Positions 9,466 to 20,347 of a stretch of 64,000 nucleotides of DNA are shown piece after piece. Each line of letters starts with the position of its first letter. Position 1 is the first letter of the stretch. The notes under the pieces are model-generated. The model had not been told where the DNA came from, made no database searches, and worked only from the letters and a program-made list of their open reading frames with translations. This stretch comes from Babesia bigemina (Eukaryota). The position numbers and the translations under genes are program-made. The stretch lies in the NCBI RefSeq assembly GCF_000981445.1, contig NC_027219.1, positions 806,001 to 870,000 of the forward strand. The letters are read 5' to 3'.

Positions 9466-12400
9466 TCACTTAGTCACGACAATCACACGTTCGTGCAATT
9501 CAGCCCTCAGCTCATTCCCAGCATGGTCCTGGACAGAGATTTCTGACAAATGCCAAACACCAGGGATAGATCCGCGGGGGAGCATGTATTGATAGTGAAT
9601 TTTCTGCCAGTCCTTTTGATCCTCGAACTTGGGGTAGACGGTGTACCCTGCCCCGAATGGGTCCCTTAACGACGCCTTCAACCCTGCAATTCCACTGTGG
9701 ACGTCCCTTATTTCGAAAAAGATATCCACCTGAAAGACATGCTGGTAACCAGATAGGAAGCGCTCACCTTAGTCTCTCCGTTGGGGGTATGTTTGTTGGT
9801 GGGTTCGCTGTCGACGCAGATGTTGCGTACTTCGGGTTTGCTGTTGTCTTCCTGGGTTAGACGGTTTCGGTATGTTACATATGGTCCTTGAGATTTCGGC
9901 CACTGAAGCATCTGGGAGTTACCCGCCGAATCGAAGGAGATAATGCTGCTCAGGTGGTAGTCGCCAGATCGTGCGGCTGGGCTCAACGGGACGTTGACCG
10001 ACACCTCGAAACAGTTGAAGAGCCCCGGCGCGATCTCACGCTGACTTAAGCCATCAAAACGGTCCTCTCCTTCGAATGCGTATTGGTTGAAGTAAGGTGC
10101 AGGGCTAGTTTCGCGTTTTCGCACATATTCCGCGGCACACATCTGGGACGGTACCTTCCTGCTGCCAACCCACCTATCCGTGCGCCAGTCATCTTTTGCG
10201 CCGGTCGTCAGGTCCAGTCCTTGGTTAAAACTGGATAAACTGTGTTGCCCGAATTTTTCGTTGGAGATAGCTGCGTATGCGCTGGCTTTCTCCCGCAAAA
10301 TCCCGTCGTCCGCGACCATCCATGTTGCTCTCATGATGGCGTTTTCTGAGCAACTATGAGTGATGTGCATCCCACAACCCACCTCTTCCTTCCACTAAGC
10401 TGAGAGCAATCGTTGGAATCAAGGCTCTTGGCGGCTGGAAGTCCTCAGCACCGTTGTCTACCCACACCCTCAGGCCGAAATCGGCGGCACCGACGTATCG
10501 TTCGAGGCGGTTCTCGTCTGCTACAATGATCTGATCAGTGGTCCATACTCCACGTTTCTGCGTCTTGTTGATGGTGATGCGCCCCTTGAGGACGTGGCTG
10601 CAGCGTGCTCCGTCCGCCACCATGGGTACATCGACGAAAGTCTTTGCGCTGGACGTCAGCCTGAACATTCCATTGGTGGCACAAGATTTTTCTCCGTTAT
10701 TGGCCAACTGGAACCTGAATTCCGCACGCTTGTCGTCGTTGACCTTTCCGACGACCTTGACATCGATACGGATTATCCTTCCAGGGTACATGTAGTCTGG
10801 GTTGCCAAGGTTGAGCACTGTGAACTCGTGGGACGCCTTGGTCACGTAGTGAGAGCCGTTCATGACGTTATTGCGCATAAATTCGAACTTGCGCGGAGCC
10901 CTGCTTTTAATCTTGTTAGGATTGAGGACGTAGTCGGCAATGCAGGTGGCGAAATCCTCAGACGGGTTTTTCTTGTGCCCGTATGCATTCACGAACTCCG
11001 TCTGCTGCCTGGTTGACCATCCGTCGGGGTCGTTAGGGTCCTTGAACCACCCACCAATTTCCTGCCATTTCGCGAACAGGTCTGCCGGCACTACGTTGGA
11101 GTGTACGAAGTGGCCCAACTCGTGGATGATAAGGCTGGGGATATCCGGGTAGTTGTGGAAACCAGATTCCATGAACTCGATGTACGAGTCTGTATCCGGT
11201 CCCCTTGGGTACGCAACCGCGGGCGCGGTGGGTTCATCTGGGTTCACTGTGCCATCCTGCCTGCGCAGCAAGTACTTAAGCCCCTTGATCTTTTGAAATC
11301 CGGGCGGGTACTCACTCCAGGTCGTCGCAATTTCGACGAGCTCCTCCGGGTGCTTGAACCATGACTGATAGTCGGTGTAGGGGAACTTCGTGAGAGGTCT
11401 TCCGTTGATCATCCGCGGGTGGATGTATTGTGGTTCAATAAGATTTATATCGTGCATGTGGTAGAAGAGTGCTCGCATGATGTCCGGATTGTGCAGGCAC
11501 AGCGCGCGGATCACAGCCTTGTGCAGCCTCCTGGAGAAGTAGGTGCGTCTCCGGTTATCCCCGTCTACCGTTCGTCTAACGGCGTAGGTGAAGGCGAGCT
11601 TGGAGAGGGTCACAATCTGCGTGTACTTTGAGTTTTCTTCCCTAGGGAGATCCATAGGCGCACCGTGCAGAGGGCTGTCATGGGACGTCTTTGCAAAGTT
11701 GGTGATGGATACGTCCTGGGGGTACAACGGCTCGTCGGTGAGAACCCACTTCTGGACCCTCTGGTTACTGTTGTACAACTGTTTGTAGAACTCCCAACCA
11801 TCTACAATTCCCAAAAGCCTGTTGGCATACTCGCTTCCCCACGATCCGTGAAGTTCAATACCGTAGTTAAGCTTGAGTTTGGCAGCGGCGTCACTGTAGT
11901 CGATGTTTGACTCTATTCCTGGTTTTTCCGCGTTGTACACCGACGCCTCATTGTGGTCTATTTGGGTGAGGCTTTCCACGCCGTACTGCGCTGCGTTCTG
12001 CAGCGTCCACGTGTACTTGTACACTCCTGGCTTGCCGCGCAGCCGCTCGATGTCCAGTTTCGAGTCGGCGTTGCTGAAGGGGCAGAGTTGCCCCTTGCAG
12101 GGCCTCTCTACCGTCGTAACACCAGGCAACCTGTAGCCGGACCCTTCTACTTTGAGGTAGAACTTTCCGTGTGGCACCTGGAACCTGAACTCGGGCTGCT
12201 CTGCCGAGACCGTGGCTTCGTAGAGGATGTCGAAGCGTGCGCCGGTCGTGGTACCCAGGATGACCGTGACGGGGTCTCCCTTGACTACGCCTTGTACAAT
12301 TCCTCCAACGTCGTACTTCTTAGAGTTCCGCGGCAGCGAGACGCTGTCGTAGGCCTCAGCAGAAGAGGTGGGACTGGTGTGGAGGAAGGATACCACCATG

Positions 12401-12628
12401 TTCCCATCTAGGTCGGGTATCAGCTTGGGCTCCAGGAACACTCCCATCTGGGAGAAAGAAGGCGAAGCAGGTGTTTGCATCTTTTGTCCGGCACCTAGCA
12501 GTTCGCCTGTACGTTGTTGAGCACGCCTTTGTGGTGGCGGACTTACTGGCGTGCTTCACCCTAAACGCCAAGCTCGACCGAACGAGCGCGCCGAGGAGAA
12601 AAGACGCGTAAACGAAAAACGGCGCCAT
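9466..12628 (-). CDS. Secreted ~1015-aa protein with HExxH zinc-metallopeptidase-like motif (resembles apicomplexan SIAP1-type proteins), 4 exons
   Basis: Signal peptide MAPFFVYASFLLGALVRSSLA. Introns at 12546-12507, 10382-10346 and 9767-9730 join four ORF pieces in frame (3048 nt). Contains LIIHELGHFVH and downstream NPSEDFA. The SIAP1 label is from recalled size and features, not from an alignment. Confidence 0.7.
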
Positions 12629-13617
12629 TTTCAACTGGCCAGTTGTCGAAGTGCGTAGTGGTGGCTGTCAGGTGTTATTGTCTGTGGGCGGCCGGGTCAG
12701 AAAAAAATTATCGTGCCGCTTTATGATTGTAGACTTATAAAGTGACGTGAATGGGAACCGTTTTCCCAAGGGCGAGACGCTATGCGTGATTCAAGTGTAC
12801 TACATGACTCAGGCACTTTATTTGTATGCTGCAACAGAACAGCTCAGACGCACATGTACTACGAGCCGGGCTGCGCTGCGTCTGGGAAGAGTCCTGACTG
12901 GAGTATGCGCAAATTTATCACGACCTGCAGCACGAATGCGCGCTAAAAAATTTCCAGCCCATCTCCTCGCATTGGCCTAGCGTACAATTAATACTCTGCA
13001 CCGTTTCGGCCGTTTATCGCCATCAGCGTGGAACTTCGTGAGGCTCCGATGCTGTCGCGTGTCGGACAGCGGAGGTAGCAATTTGCGCACACCTCATCGC
13101 GTCTCGGATATCGAGAAGCCTTCCACAGGATCCTCGACTCGACGCAGCACAGCGCATAGGCAACTTTTTAGTGATCTCTGCCTCCTGGCAGCTCTGTCCA
13201 CCTCGGGTGTTTCCGTGCAGTCAACGTACGTCGGTGTTTCATCCCGTACCAGACATACTGTAATGCGGTGGCTCGCCGTTGCAGCGTACTCTCCGTGAAA
13301 TTACAGCCGCCAAATCATACACACCACAGGCTCAAACCGAATGCAGCCCTAGATATAGCACACATATGAGAACTTTGAACGGAATTCGCATCGTACTATA
13401 ACACACCGCTCCGTTTTGCCTACTGGCGGGGCGCGACATCCCGTAACAGCACCAGCGACATCACATGTCGTGCTTCACCGTACATTGTAAATACACGTTC
13501 GGCTTTTGAAAGGTTACAACCTTTTGTTCATAAGCCCGTAAATATATGTTGTCGAGCCGTTAATTGCAACGGCTGCATAGGCCGTCGTTCGGAGTCAGCC
13601 GATATCGCACATTAAAA

Positions 13618-14064
13618 ATGACCGCGGGAGACGATTCGCTCTCCATCAAGGGCACGCCGCTCTCCGGCCGCGTATGGAAGAGAAACGTCCGGCCTTGCCG
13701 CGCGCTGTCCAAGACAGGCGGGGACCGCTCCGCCGAGGAACGCAGCCGCCAGAAGTGGGCTGAGGCGCAGGCTATGAAGCGAGAAATGAAAGAGATATCA
13801 GCTGAAACAAGCGAAGCTATTCAGAAGGCCCAGGAGCTCAGGAAAGAGCGGCTGCGCAAGTTGCGCGAGAAGCGCGCCAAAAAGCAGGCCAACGAGATCA
13901 AATCCGCGGGTAACGAAGTGGTACTGGTGAGCAACAGTAAGTGAATTTCGCCAGTGTGCCGTTATACGCTCGCAGAGAAGGTGTCGAAGATGACCAAAAA
14001 GGCTCGCCGCAAGCTGACGAAGGTCACCCCTGAGATGGCCAACATTCTTCTGCGGAAGCACTAA
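13618..14064 (+). CDS. Cgr1/CCDC86-like nucleolar rRNA-processing protein, 2 exons
   Basis: KGTPLSGRVWK motif, basic coiled coil, and ANEIKS...VVLVSNKKVSKMTKKARRKL C-terminus. Intron at 13937-13975; AAAATG start context. Confidence 0.75.
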
Positions 14065-14225
14065 TTTACAGCGTGTGCACACTCAGTAACTGATTGACGC
14101 TTGTGTGTCTATGTGTAGCTACATTGTTTTGTGCTCCGGATGGGGGCGAGTTGCGACGGCCGCTCTGGTGCCGCAGGCGGCGCTCCCCGACCGCTAATCG
14201 CACAGTTGGGTATTGGCGCTTTAAA

Positions 14226-14518
14226 ATGTCAACGTTGTGGCGTAAATTACCAGTAAGTGGCCGAGGTTGCCATTGCACATCTCTTGGCAGGTGCCGGGCA
14301 AGCTAGACGTCTTCCGGTTCGACAAACTGTATCGCAGGGGACCCACGACTGCTAGCCAGCCATCCGGCAGCGCATCGGTGAAGGACCGTATTACGGCTGC
14401 CTTCCAGCCCGTAGACTTTTTGGAGGTGGACCTGCTGAAGGGCTCGCCCGTGGACACAACCATAACCTCCGCTACACCAGACCCATACCTGGAGCGTTGG
14501 CTTAGAGCCCCCAAGTGA
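14226..14518 (+). CDS. Small 84-aa hypothetical protein, 2 exons
   Basis: TTAAAATG start. A canonical 38-nt intron GTAAGT..GGCAG (14253-14290) joins MSTLWRKLP to VPGKLDVFRFDKLYRRG...PDPYLERWLRAPK* in frame. Confidence 0.6.
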
Positions 14519-14531
14519 TTGTGTGGCAACC

Positions 14532-17390
14532 ATGGTGAAGGCCGTCGATGGCGACAAGGCCGCCCGCAAGGCGAAGAGCGCGTCCGAGTTCTCCACTGAA
14601 AACATGCTCCGCGACATAAAGAAGGTGGTGAAGGCGTTCGGAGGCGGTATAATGAAGAGTTCGGGGAAGTCTAAGAAGTCTAAGTCAAAGAGCATGTCCC
14701 TGCCAGTCGTGAAGGGCAAGAGCTCAATGGCGTCGCTGATTTCGCCGAATGAAGATGGAGATGACGGGGATGAGGACACCGCAGCGGACGTGGCTGCAGA
14801 ACAGGTCAAGCCGACTAAAGGAAAGAAGGAAAAACCTGCTGACAGGAAGAAGAAAACCGGTGATGGCGACAACGCCCCTGCCGATGGATCGCAACAGGCT
14901 GAGGGCAAAGGTGCTAAAATAAGTAAGGATGCCATGGCAGCCTCCAAGAAAGTGGCGTCGTTGCGACAGTCGAAAAGGGTGAGCACTGCCGCGGTAAAAA
15001 CTGCGCCGGCTGCGAAAACCTCCGTGAAGTCCGTGGCGTCAAGTAAGGGCGCTTCCAAGTCAGTGCCCCTCGATGAGAGGGACGACGACTCGTCATCATC
15101 GGGAAACGCCACGTTGCCCCAGTCGGACGTTGAAATGACGAAAAAGACATCTGTTGAAAAGACTCCAGCCACGAAGCTGCTGTTCACCAACGTCAAGGCG
15201 TCCGACGAGGCATTCAAGACGCTGATCAACAGCCGCACCGCTTCGTGCGGCCCGTACTTGAAGTGCTTCATGGCGTCTGCTGGGAAGTGCGTTGTTCTGG
15301 TCGCCAGCGAAGAAATCGCCAAGGCGTACGTATCGTATTTCAATGGCTACGAGTTGAACGGGGAGGCGATGTCGGTGGACATCTCCACCAGAGGGCCGAG
15401 GGGCACCGCGAAGAAGTTGCACATGCCCTCTAAGGAATCGTTCAAGACCGTCACTCTGAAGAACATCCCCAAGGTGTTCGAGCGCGATTCCGTTGCTAAG
15501 GCGCTGGAGTCCGTGGATGGTGTGAAATACAAATCGCTGAAACGTGACTTGGAGGGCAACTGGGCGGTCGGATTCGAGACTGTGCCAGACTGCGTCAAAT
15601 TCACGTCTTTGGTAAACGGCTGCTTTCTAACTTTCGCCAATGAGACGAAAACCAAGAAGGTGAAGGTGATGTGTGGTGGCCCATCGTTCGGCACGAAGGC
15701 GTCTCACGCCGGTCGCGTGTTTGTCCAGAACCTCAAATTCACCACCACCGCCGCCCAGCTGGAAAAGTTAGCTCACCGTTTTGACAAGGGCGCAAAGGTC
15801 CACATGCCGAAAAGCGGCAAGAAAGGCTTTGCTTTCATTCAGTTTTCCAACATACAGGTTGCCGAGAAGGCAATTCTGCGCCTGAACGGCACCGACTTCG
15901 AAGGACGAAAGATAAGGCTCGCCCTCTCGCTCCCCACTGAGCTCTACAAGGACCAGGTTAAAACAGTGGACGGCAAGGCTGAGGCCGAGTCAGCTGCAGC
16001 GCAAGACAAGAAAAAAGACTTGGACGAAGGTGATGAAGTAGAGGAGGACGAAGAAGCAGATGCTGACGATAGCGATGATGAGGAGGAAGAGGAGGATGAG
16101 GAGGATGATGAAGATGAAAGTGAGGAGGAAGATGATGAAGATGAAGGTGAGGAGGATGAGGAGGAAGAGGAGGAAGATGATGAAGATGAGGAGGATGATG
16201 AAGGTGAGGATGAGGAGGAAGAGGATGAAGAAGAAAGTGAAGATCAAAAGACCTCAGGCAAAGGAAAACCCCTGCGTAGCTCCGCTGCGAAGACGAGGAA
16301 GAACGATGAGAGTGATCGCACAATATTCGTCCGCAACTTGAGCTACGAGTCCACCGAGGCGGCCCTCCGGGAATACTTTGCCACCTTCGGCGCCGTGGAG
16401 TCTTGCAACATCTGCAAAGATGCGAAGGGTGTCAGCCGTGGCACGGCTTTCATTCTTTTCCAGAATGCCGACGACGCACGTAAGATATTGGCAATGGAGG
16501 AGCTGGCGCTGGAGCGTGACGCTGATTTCAGCCTGGAGGGTGCGCGTAGCGCGCGTAACAAGGTTAAACACGGGCCGGCTGCTGGTCTTGGATTTTCCCT
16601 CAATGGCAGGCGCTTGATCCTGTCGCGGGCGCTCAGCAGAGACGAGGCCAGCACTTTGGCGAAGGCCAAAGAACAGAAGCGCAGCACCGCTCCCAATTCC
16701 AAGAAGCGCAACGACCTATTGATGGAAGGCGTCATCCTGGAAACCTCGCCGGAGTTCCAGAAGCTAACCGCGATGGAGCAGAAACTCCAAACCTCAAGCT
16801 TCAAAGAGAAACTGGAGAAGATGAAGAACCCGAACATGTTCCTGAACCCCAAGCGCCTGTGCGTGCGCAACCTGCCGCCAAACGCGGACGTGAACGAGCT
16901 CCGGCGTGCGATTGTGGCGCACTTCCGGCGCAATGTAGACCTGTCCAGCATCTGCGGCAGCAAGAAGGTCGACGCGAGCCGCACTATCGGCAAGGTGACC
17001 TTCCTGTCCGACGAGAAGCGCAAGGTGAAGGTTGGGGAGTCCACCATGCGGCGTCGTATGCCGTTTGCGTTCATCGACTTCAACCACGAGGAGCTTGCGT
17101 TGCAGGCTCTGCGTTTCTTGTCGTGCAACGCCGACGTGTTCGGCGCTCGCTACCGCCTCTTCGCGGAATTCGCCATCGAAGACAGCCGCGCCCTGTACAT
17201 ACAGAAGAAGCGCAAGGAGCAGTATGAGGAGAAGCTGAAGGAGAGGATAGCTGCGCAGGAAGACGAAGAGGGCGCGGCGGAGGACGGGAAAAAACGCAAG
17301 AAGCGCAAAACGTACAGCCGTGGAAAGCTGCAGCGCATGAAACGCCGCAAGCTCCGCGAGGCCGCGGCTGAACAGCCTGCTGCAAACTAG
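14532..17390 (+). CDS. RBM28: RBM28/Nop4-like multi-RRM nucleolar protein (60S biogenesis)
   Basis: RRMs with RNP motifs (VFVQNL...KGFAFIQF; IFVRNLSY...RGTAFILF; LCVRNLP...FAFIDF), a long acidic tract, and the Nop4-type signatures KNPNMFLNPKRLCVRNLP and AEFAIED. Confidence 0.85.
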   Translation: MVKAVDGDKAARKAKSASEFSTENMLRDIKKVVKAFGGGIMKSSGKSKKSKSKSMSLPVVKGKSSMASLISPNEDGDDGDEDTAADVAAEQVKPTKGKKEKPADRKKKTGDGDNAPADGSQQAEGKGAKISKDAMAASKKVASLRQSKRVSTAAVKTAPAAKTSVKSVASSKGASKSVPLDERDDDSSSSGNATLPQSDVEMTKKTSVEKTPATKLLFTNVKASDEAFKTLINSRTASCGPYLKCFMASAGKCVVLVASEEIAKAYVSYFNGYELNGEAMSVDISTRGPRGTAKKLHMPSKESFKTVTLKNIPKVFERDSVAKALESVDGVKYKSLKRDLEGNWAVGFETVPDCVKFTSLVNGCFLTFANETKTKKVKVMCGGPSFGTKASHAGRVFVQNLKFTTTAAQLEKLAHRFDKGAKVHMPKSGKKGFAFIQFSNIQVAEKAILRLNGTDFEGRKIRLALSLPTELYKDQVKTVDGKAEAESAAAQDKKKDLDEGDEVEEDEEADADDSDDEEEEEDEEDDEDESEEEDDEDEGEEDEEEEEEDDEDEEDDEGEDEEEEDEEESEDQKTSGKGKPLRSSAAKTRKNDESDRTIFVRNLSYESTEAALREYFATFGAVESCNICKDAKGVSRGTAFILFQNADDARKILAMEELALERDADFSLEGARSARNKVKHGPAAGLGFSLNGRRLILSRALSRDEASTLAKAKEQKRSTAPNSKKRNDLLMEGVILETSPEFQKLTAMEQKLQTSSFKEKLEKMKNPNMFLNPKRLCVRNLPPNADVNELRRAIVAHFRRNVDLSSICGSKKVDASRTIGKVTFLSDEKRKVKVGESTMRRRMPFAFIDFNHEELALQALRFLSCNADVFGARYRLFAEFAIEDSRALYIQKKRKEQYEEKLKERIAAQEDEEGAAEDGKKRKKRKTYSRGKLQRMKRRKLREAAAEQPAAN
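16018..16243 (+). repeat. Asp/Glu-coding purine-rich trinucleotide (GAR/GAY) low-complexity tract within RBM28
   Basis: Runs of gag/gaa/gat codons encoding about 70 residues that are almost all D or E. Confidence 0.9.
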
Positions 17391-17721
17391 TCGCGAACTA
17401 ACGTCATTGCATACTTCATAACACGTGTGCTAGTTTACCATTTAGGTGCGATATTCGTCACATTGTTCCTAACCGTGTGTGCAATGTGCCACGTGGGTTG
17501 TTTGTCTGCCCGGATGTGCTGCTGTGCATACGCCGACTGTGGCGCAGGGCACCACTGGGGGGCAGCGGTGTTGACCGTCCCCTCTGTAACCGGGAAACGC
17601 TACTACCCAGAGTTGTAACAACTGTTCATTTGACAGGTTAATAGCGCGCAGGCACTACAGTGATCCAACGCAATACGCTTCAAACCGGCGGTTATGTTGC
17701 AAGCTGCGTGCCCGCACTGCC

Positions 17722-19533
17722 TCACTCCTGGAACCCGGCGCACTCCCTGGTGGCCCACTCGTTGTGCGGAATGGATGTGATGCGCGGGTTGAGGCGACGC
17801 TCCATCACGCTTTCAGGAGCAGCCACGCGGATGCCCTTGGAGTCGTGGAGCACGCGAGTGTCGCTGATCGCGCGCACGTTCTGCGCACTGCCGCCCGAGT
17901 TCTTGTCGTTCGAGGGCTGGATGGACTCCAGCAGGTCGATCCTTTTGCGCATGTTATGCAGCCGCTCGCTGCGTATCGCCGCGACTCTGCCCTGCTCGTT
18001 TTTGATCGACCTCAGCATGGTCTGCTCCGCGTCCTCCGAGTGGCTGAGTGCCTGCTTCAGCGCCTGCTGCTCACTTTCGGCCGCCATTTTCTGGCGTCGC
18101 ATGGCGCTGATTCGGTCCTGGAGCTCGTTCAGCTCGCGTTCCTCGATGCGCAGCTGCGCGTGCTCGGCTTCTGCCTCCTCGCTGACGGTCCTGTGCAGCG
18201 TGTGGAGCTCGGACATGCGATCCTCCTTCTTCTTATAAAGCATCCTGAGGTAATTGTTCTCCGCATCTAGCTTATCCAGGTCATGTTCAAGGTCCTCCGC
18301 GTGCTTCTTCAGCGATTCGACGTGGTTAGCCAGGCGGCGACTCTCCACGATCGTCGCCTCTGAGCCAACCATCTTGCCGGCATCCCTGTGCTCCACCGGT
18401 ACCGAACTCATGTCCTCCACGTCCCTCTTTACGTCATAGCGTTCCTCGGCCGCGCGTTTCGGGTCCACGCTCGCGACGGATGATGATGCTGTGCTTGCGA
18501 TCTCCTCATGACCCGTTTGGGCCATGCGTTTGTCGTCACCTATCGCGTTCGTGGAGGGCTGCCTGGCACTCCTGGCAGAGCGAGGTTGCGGCAACCGATC
18601 AGTCGGCGCGGCAGAGTGAACTGTCCCGCTGACGGAAAGATCGGGGCGCGGCATCTCCGGCGGCGGCGCGTTGCTCACCGGCATCAGGCTGGCCACCCTC
18701 TCCTGGACCATGTGCTCCATGACCATGAATTCTCGTATCGAAAGCCGCCCGTCGCAATCGGCGTCCGCCACCTCCCATATCCGAAGCAGCTCCTCATCCG
18801 GCAGCTCGTTGCGCGTGAGGTAGTAGGTGCGTGCGTCGAGGCCCTCAACAAACCCGTCGCGGTTGTGATCCAGCGCCAGGAACATCTTCTCGTACACCAC
18901 CGCCTCGGCGGGTGCAATCTGCGGCATGTCCGACCTGGCGCTGTCGTCAAGCACCGCAGTGTCGAGTAACGGGTTGCACTCCGACACTGCGTTCATGTTC
19001 ATCAGCCGGGCAGGGAGCTGAGGGTCCCACATCCAGTCCGGCCGTCTCATGAAATCGGGGTGTGACTGGGCGTACGCGATGAGCACGCAGCAGAGGCAAA
19101 ACGCCCGGTAGTCAAGTTCTCCTCGGCCTTCCACGTCCGCCAGACTCCAGATGTCGAACAGCGCCGCATCCGGAAGCCCCGACGTCTTGAACAGGAGCCG
19201 CGCAGTGTCGCCGTCGATGGCGCCGAACCCGCTGCGGTCGCACCGGAGGAACAGTTTGCGCAGCCTGGCGTCCTGGGATGGTTGCAGCGCCAGGCTGTCC
19301 ATGCACATCTGGTGAAGCCGCCGAAAATCGCCCATTTGAGGGCTGTCTTGCAACGACTCCGCCATCGATCTTCGCCAATCTCCTCGTGTGTAAGGCTGTC
19401 GCACTTGGTAGTGTGAATTTCGCGACGCGTGGCGAGGTGGATCTCGGGCCGAGGTGCGGCGTCCACTGGGTGGCATCTCGGTCGCCTCCGTGGCGACGGA
19501 GTCGATACGTGGACCGATTTCGTTATCCCACAT
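17722..19533 (-). CDS. EH-domain (Eps15-like) endocytic adaptor with coiled coil
   Basis: Two EH domains (SGLPDAALFDIWSLADVEGRGELDYRAF; LPDEELLRIWEVADADCDGRLSIREF) with EF-hand loops, followed by a long coiled coil. Confidence 0.85.
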   Translation of the reverse strand: MWDNEIGPRIDSVATEATEMPPSGRRTSARDPPRHASRNSHYQVRQPYTRGDWRRSMAESLQDSPQMGDFRRLHQMCMDSLALQPSQDARLRKLFLRCDRSGFGAIDGDTARLLFKTSGLPDAALFDIWSLADVEGRGELDYRAFCLCCVLIAYAQSHPDFMRRPDWMWDPQLPARLMNMNAVSECNPLLDTAVLDDSARSDMPQIAPAEAVVYEKMFLALDHNRDGFVEGLDARTYYLTRNELPDEELLRIWEVADADCDGRLSIREFMVMEHMVQERVASLMPVSNAPPPEMPRPDLSVSGTVHSAAPTDRLPQPRSARSARQPSTNAIGDDKRMAQTGHEEIASTASSSVASVDPKRAAEERYDVKRDVEDMSSVPVEHRDAGKMVGSEATIVESRRLANHVESLKKHAEDLEHDLDKLDAENNYLRMLYKKKEDRMSELHTLHRTVSEEAEAEHAQLRIEERELNELQDRISAMRRQKMAAESEQQALKQALSHSEDAEQTMLRSIKNEQGRVAAIRSERLHNMRKRIDLLESIQPSNDKNSGGSAQNVRAISDTRVLHDSKGIRVAAPESVMERRLNPRITSIPHNEWATRECAGFQE

Positions 19534-20347
19534 CAGTCAATGTGTAACCTAAAACTGCTGATACGCTGCGCCGTAGGCCGCAGACATGCTCGGAAATGGG
19601 CGCCCAGAGTCGCGGCGCGTTCTGAGTGTACGCCGTCACACCATGATGCGGGCATCACGTTTGTACTTCGTCCGTTCATAGGTTACACATGGTGAGGTGA
19701 GCAGTAATAATTGTGGAATTCCGTGTCTGACGGCGCTATTCGCCGTAGACGGGGGCGTGATTCGGGCTAGACGCGTGCCTGATATAGCGGAGTTACGACG
19801 TTGTAGTACGCATCAATGCAATCGCCATTCTCCATTGTACCGGGTGGACGTCATTACTGGCATTGTTTGACGTGCTAAGTGGCGATATTGCGCAATCGAT
19901 GCGGTGCTAGGCGGGCGTTCGACTCCTCGCATCCCGGTGCCGTCCAACCAGCCACAACAACCAGGGATTCTGAGCGTTAGGCCGCCCTAAAATCGTATAA
20001 CGCTACAACTGCCTGCACCGTACACCTTAGGAGGTCTCTGCCTAGGGCGCGGCAGCGCAGTAGGCGCCCCTCATTCCTACTTACGTGCCCATTCCTTATG
20101 ATATTTGTGGGGCACCTGGCAAACGGGACGTGATTTCATATCCTTTATCGCCGTCACATGCCGACTTGCTTTGCCGCCGTTTTTTTTGGTCAATCGCTGC
20201 GCCCGTCCCGCTCACCTCACACACTCACAGTTCTGGCGTGCCTGGTCACCAAACTGTCCAAGCACATCTCTCTCCCTCATAATCGCCGAATAGGGTGCCT
20301 CGGCGCAGTTTAAAAGCCACTAGGTACCGCGACGTGTTCTTACCGTA

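Noticed and set aside
9435..9470. 28-nt GTGAGG..GGCAG segment that might splice the SIAP1-like gene to Der1
   Set aside because: Shorter than the other introns here, and it joins out of frame with Der1, reaching a stop soon after.
14303..15343. 346-aa antisense ORF opposite RBM28 (likewise 6590-7366, 21083-21958, 40373-41032 and 41780-42619)
   Set aside because: Shadow ORFs produced by GC-rich codon bias of well-supported sense genes; no motifs.
15958..16341. Poly-His/Pro, poly-Phe/Ile/Leu and poly-Met/Arg/Lys ORFs
   Set aside because: Alternative-frame readings of the Asp/Glu repeat tract in RBM28.
17670..17715. CTTCAAACC as a possible tRNA-Sec anticodon loop
   Set aside because: No surrounding cloverleaf.
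19905..19950. GTTCGACTCC resembling a tRNA T-loop
   Set aside because: The flanks do not form a proper T-stem, and no D-arm, anticodon arm or acceptor stem can be built.
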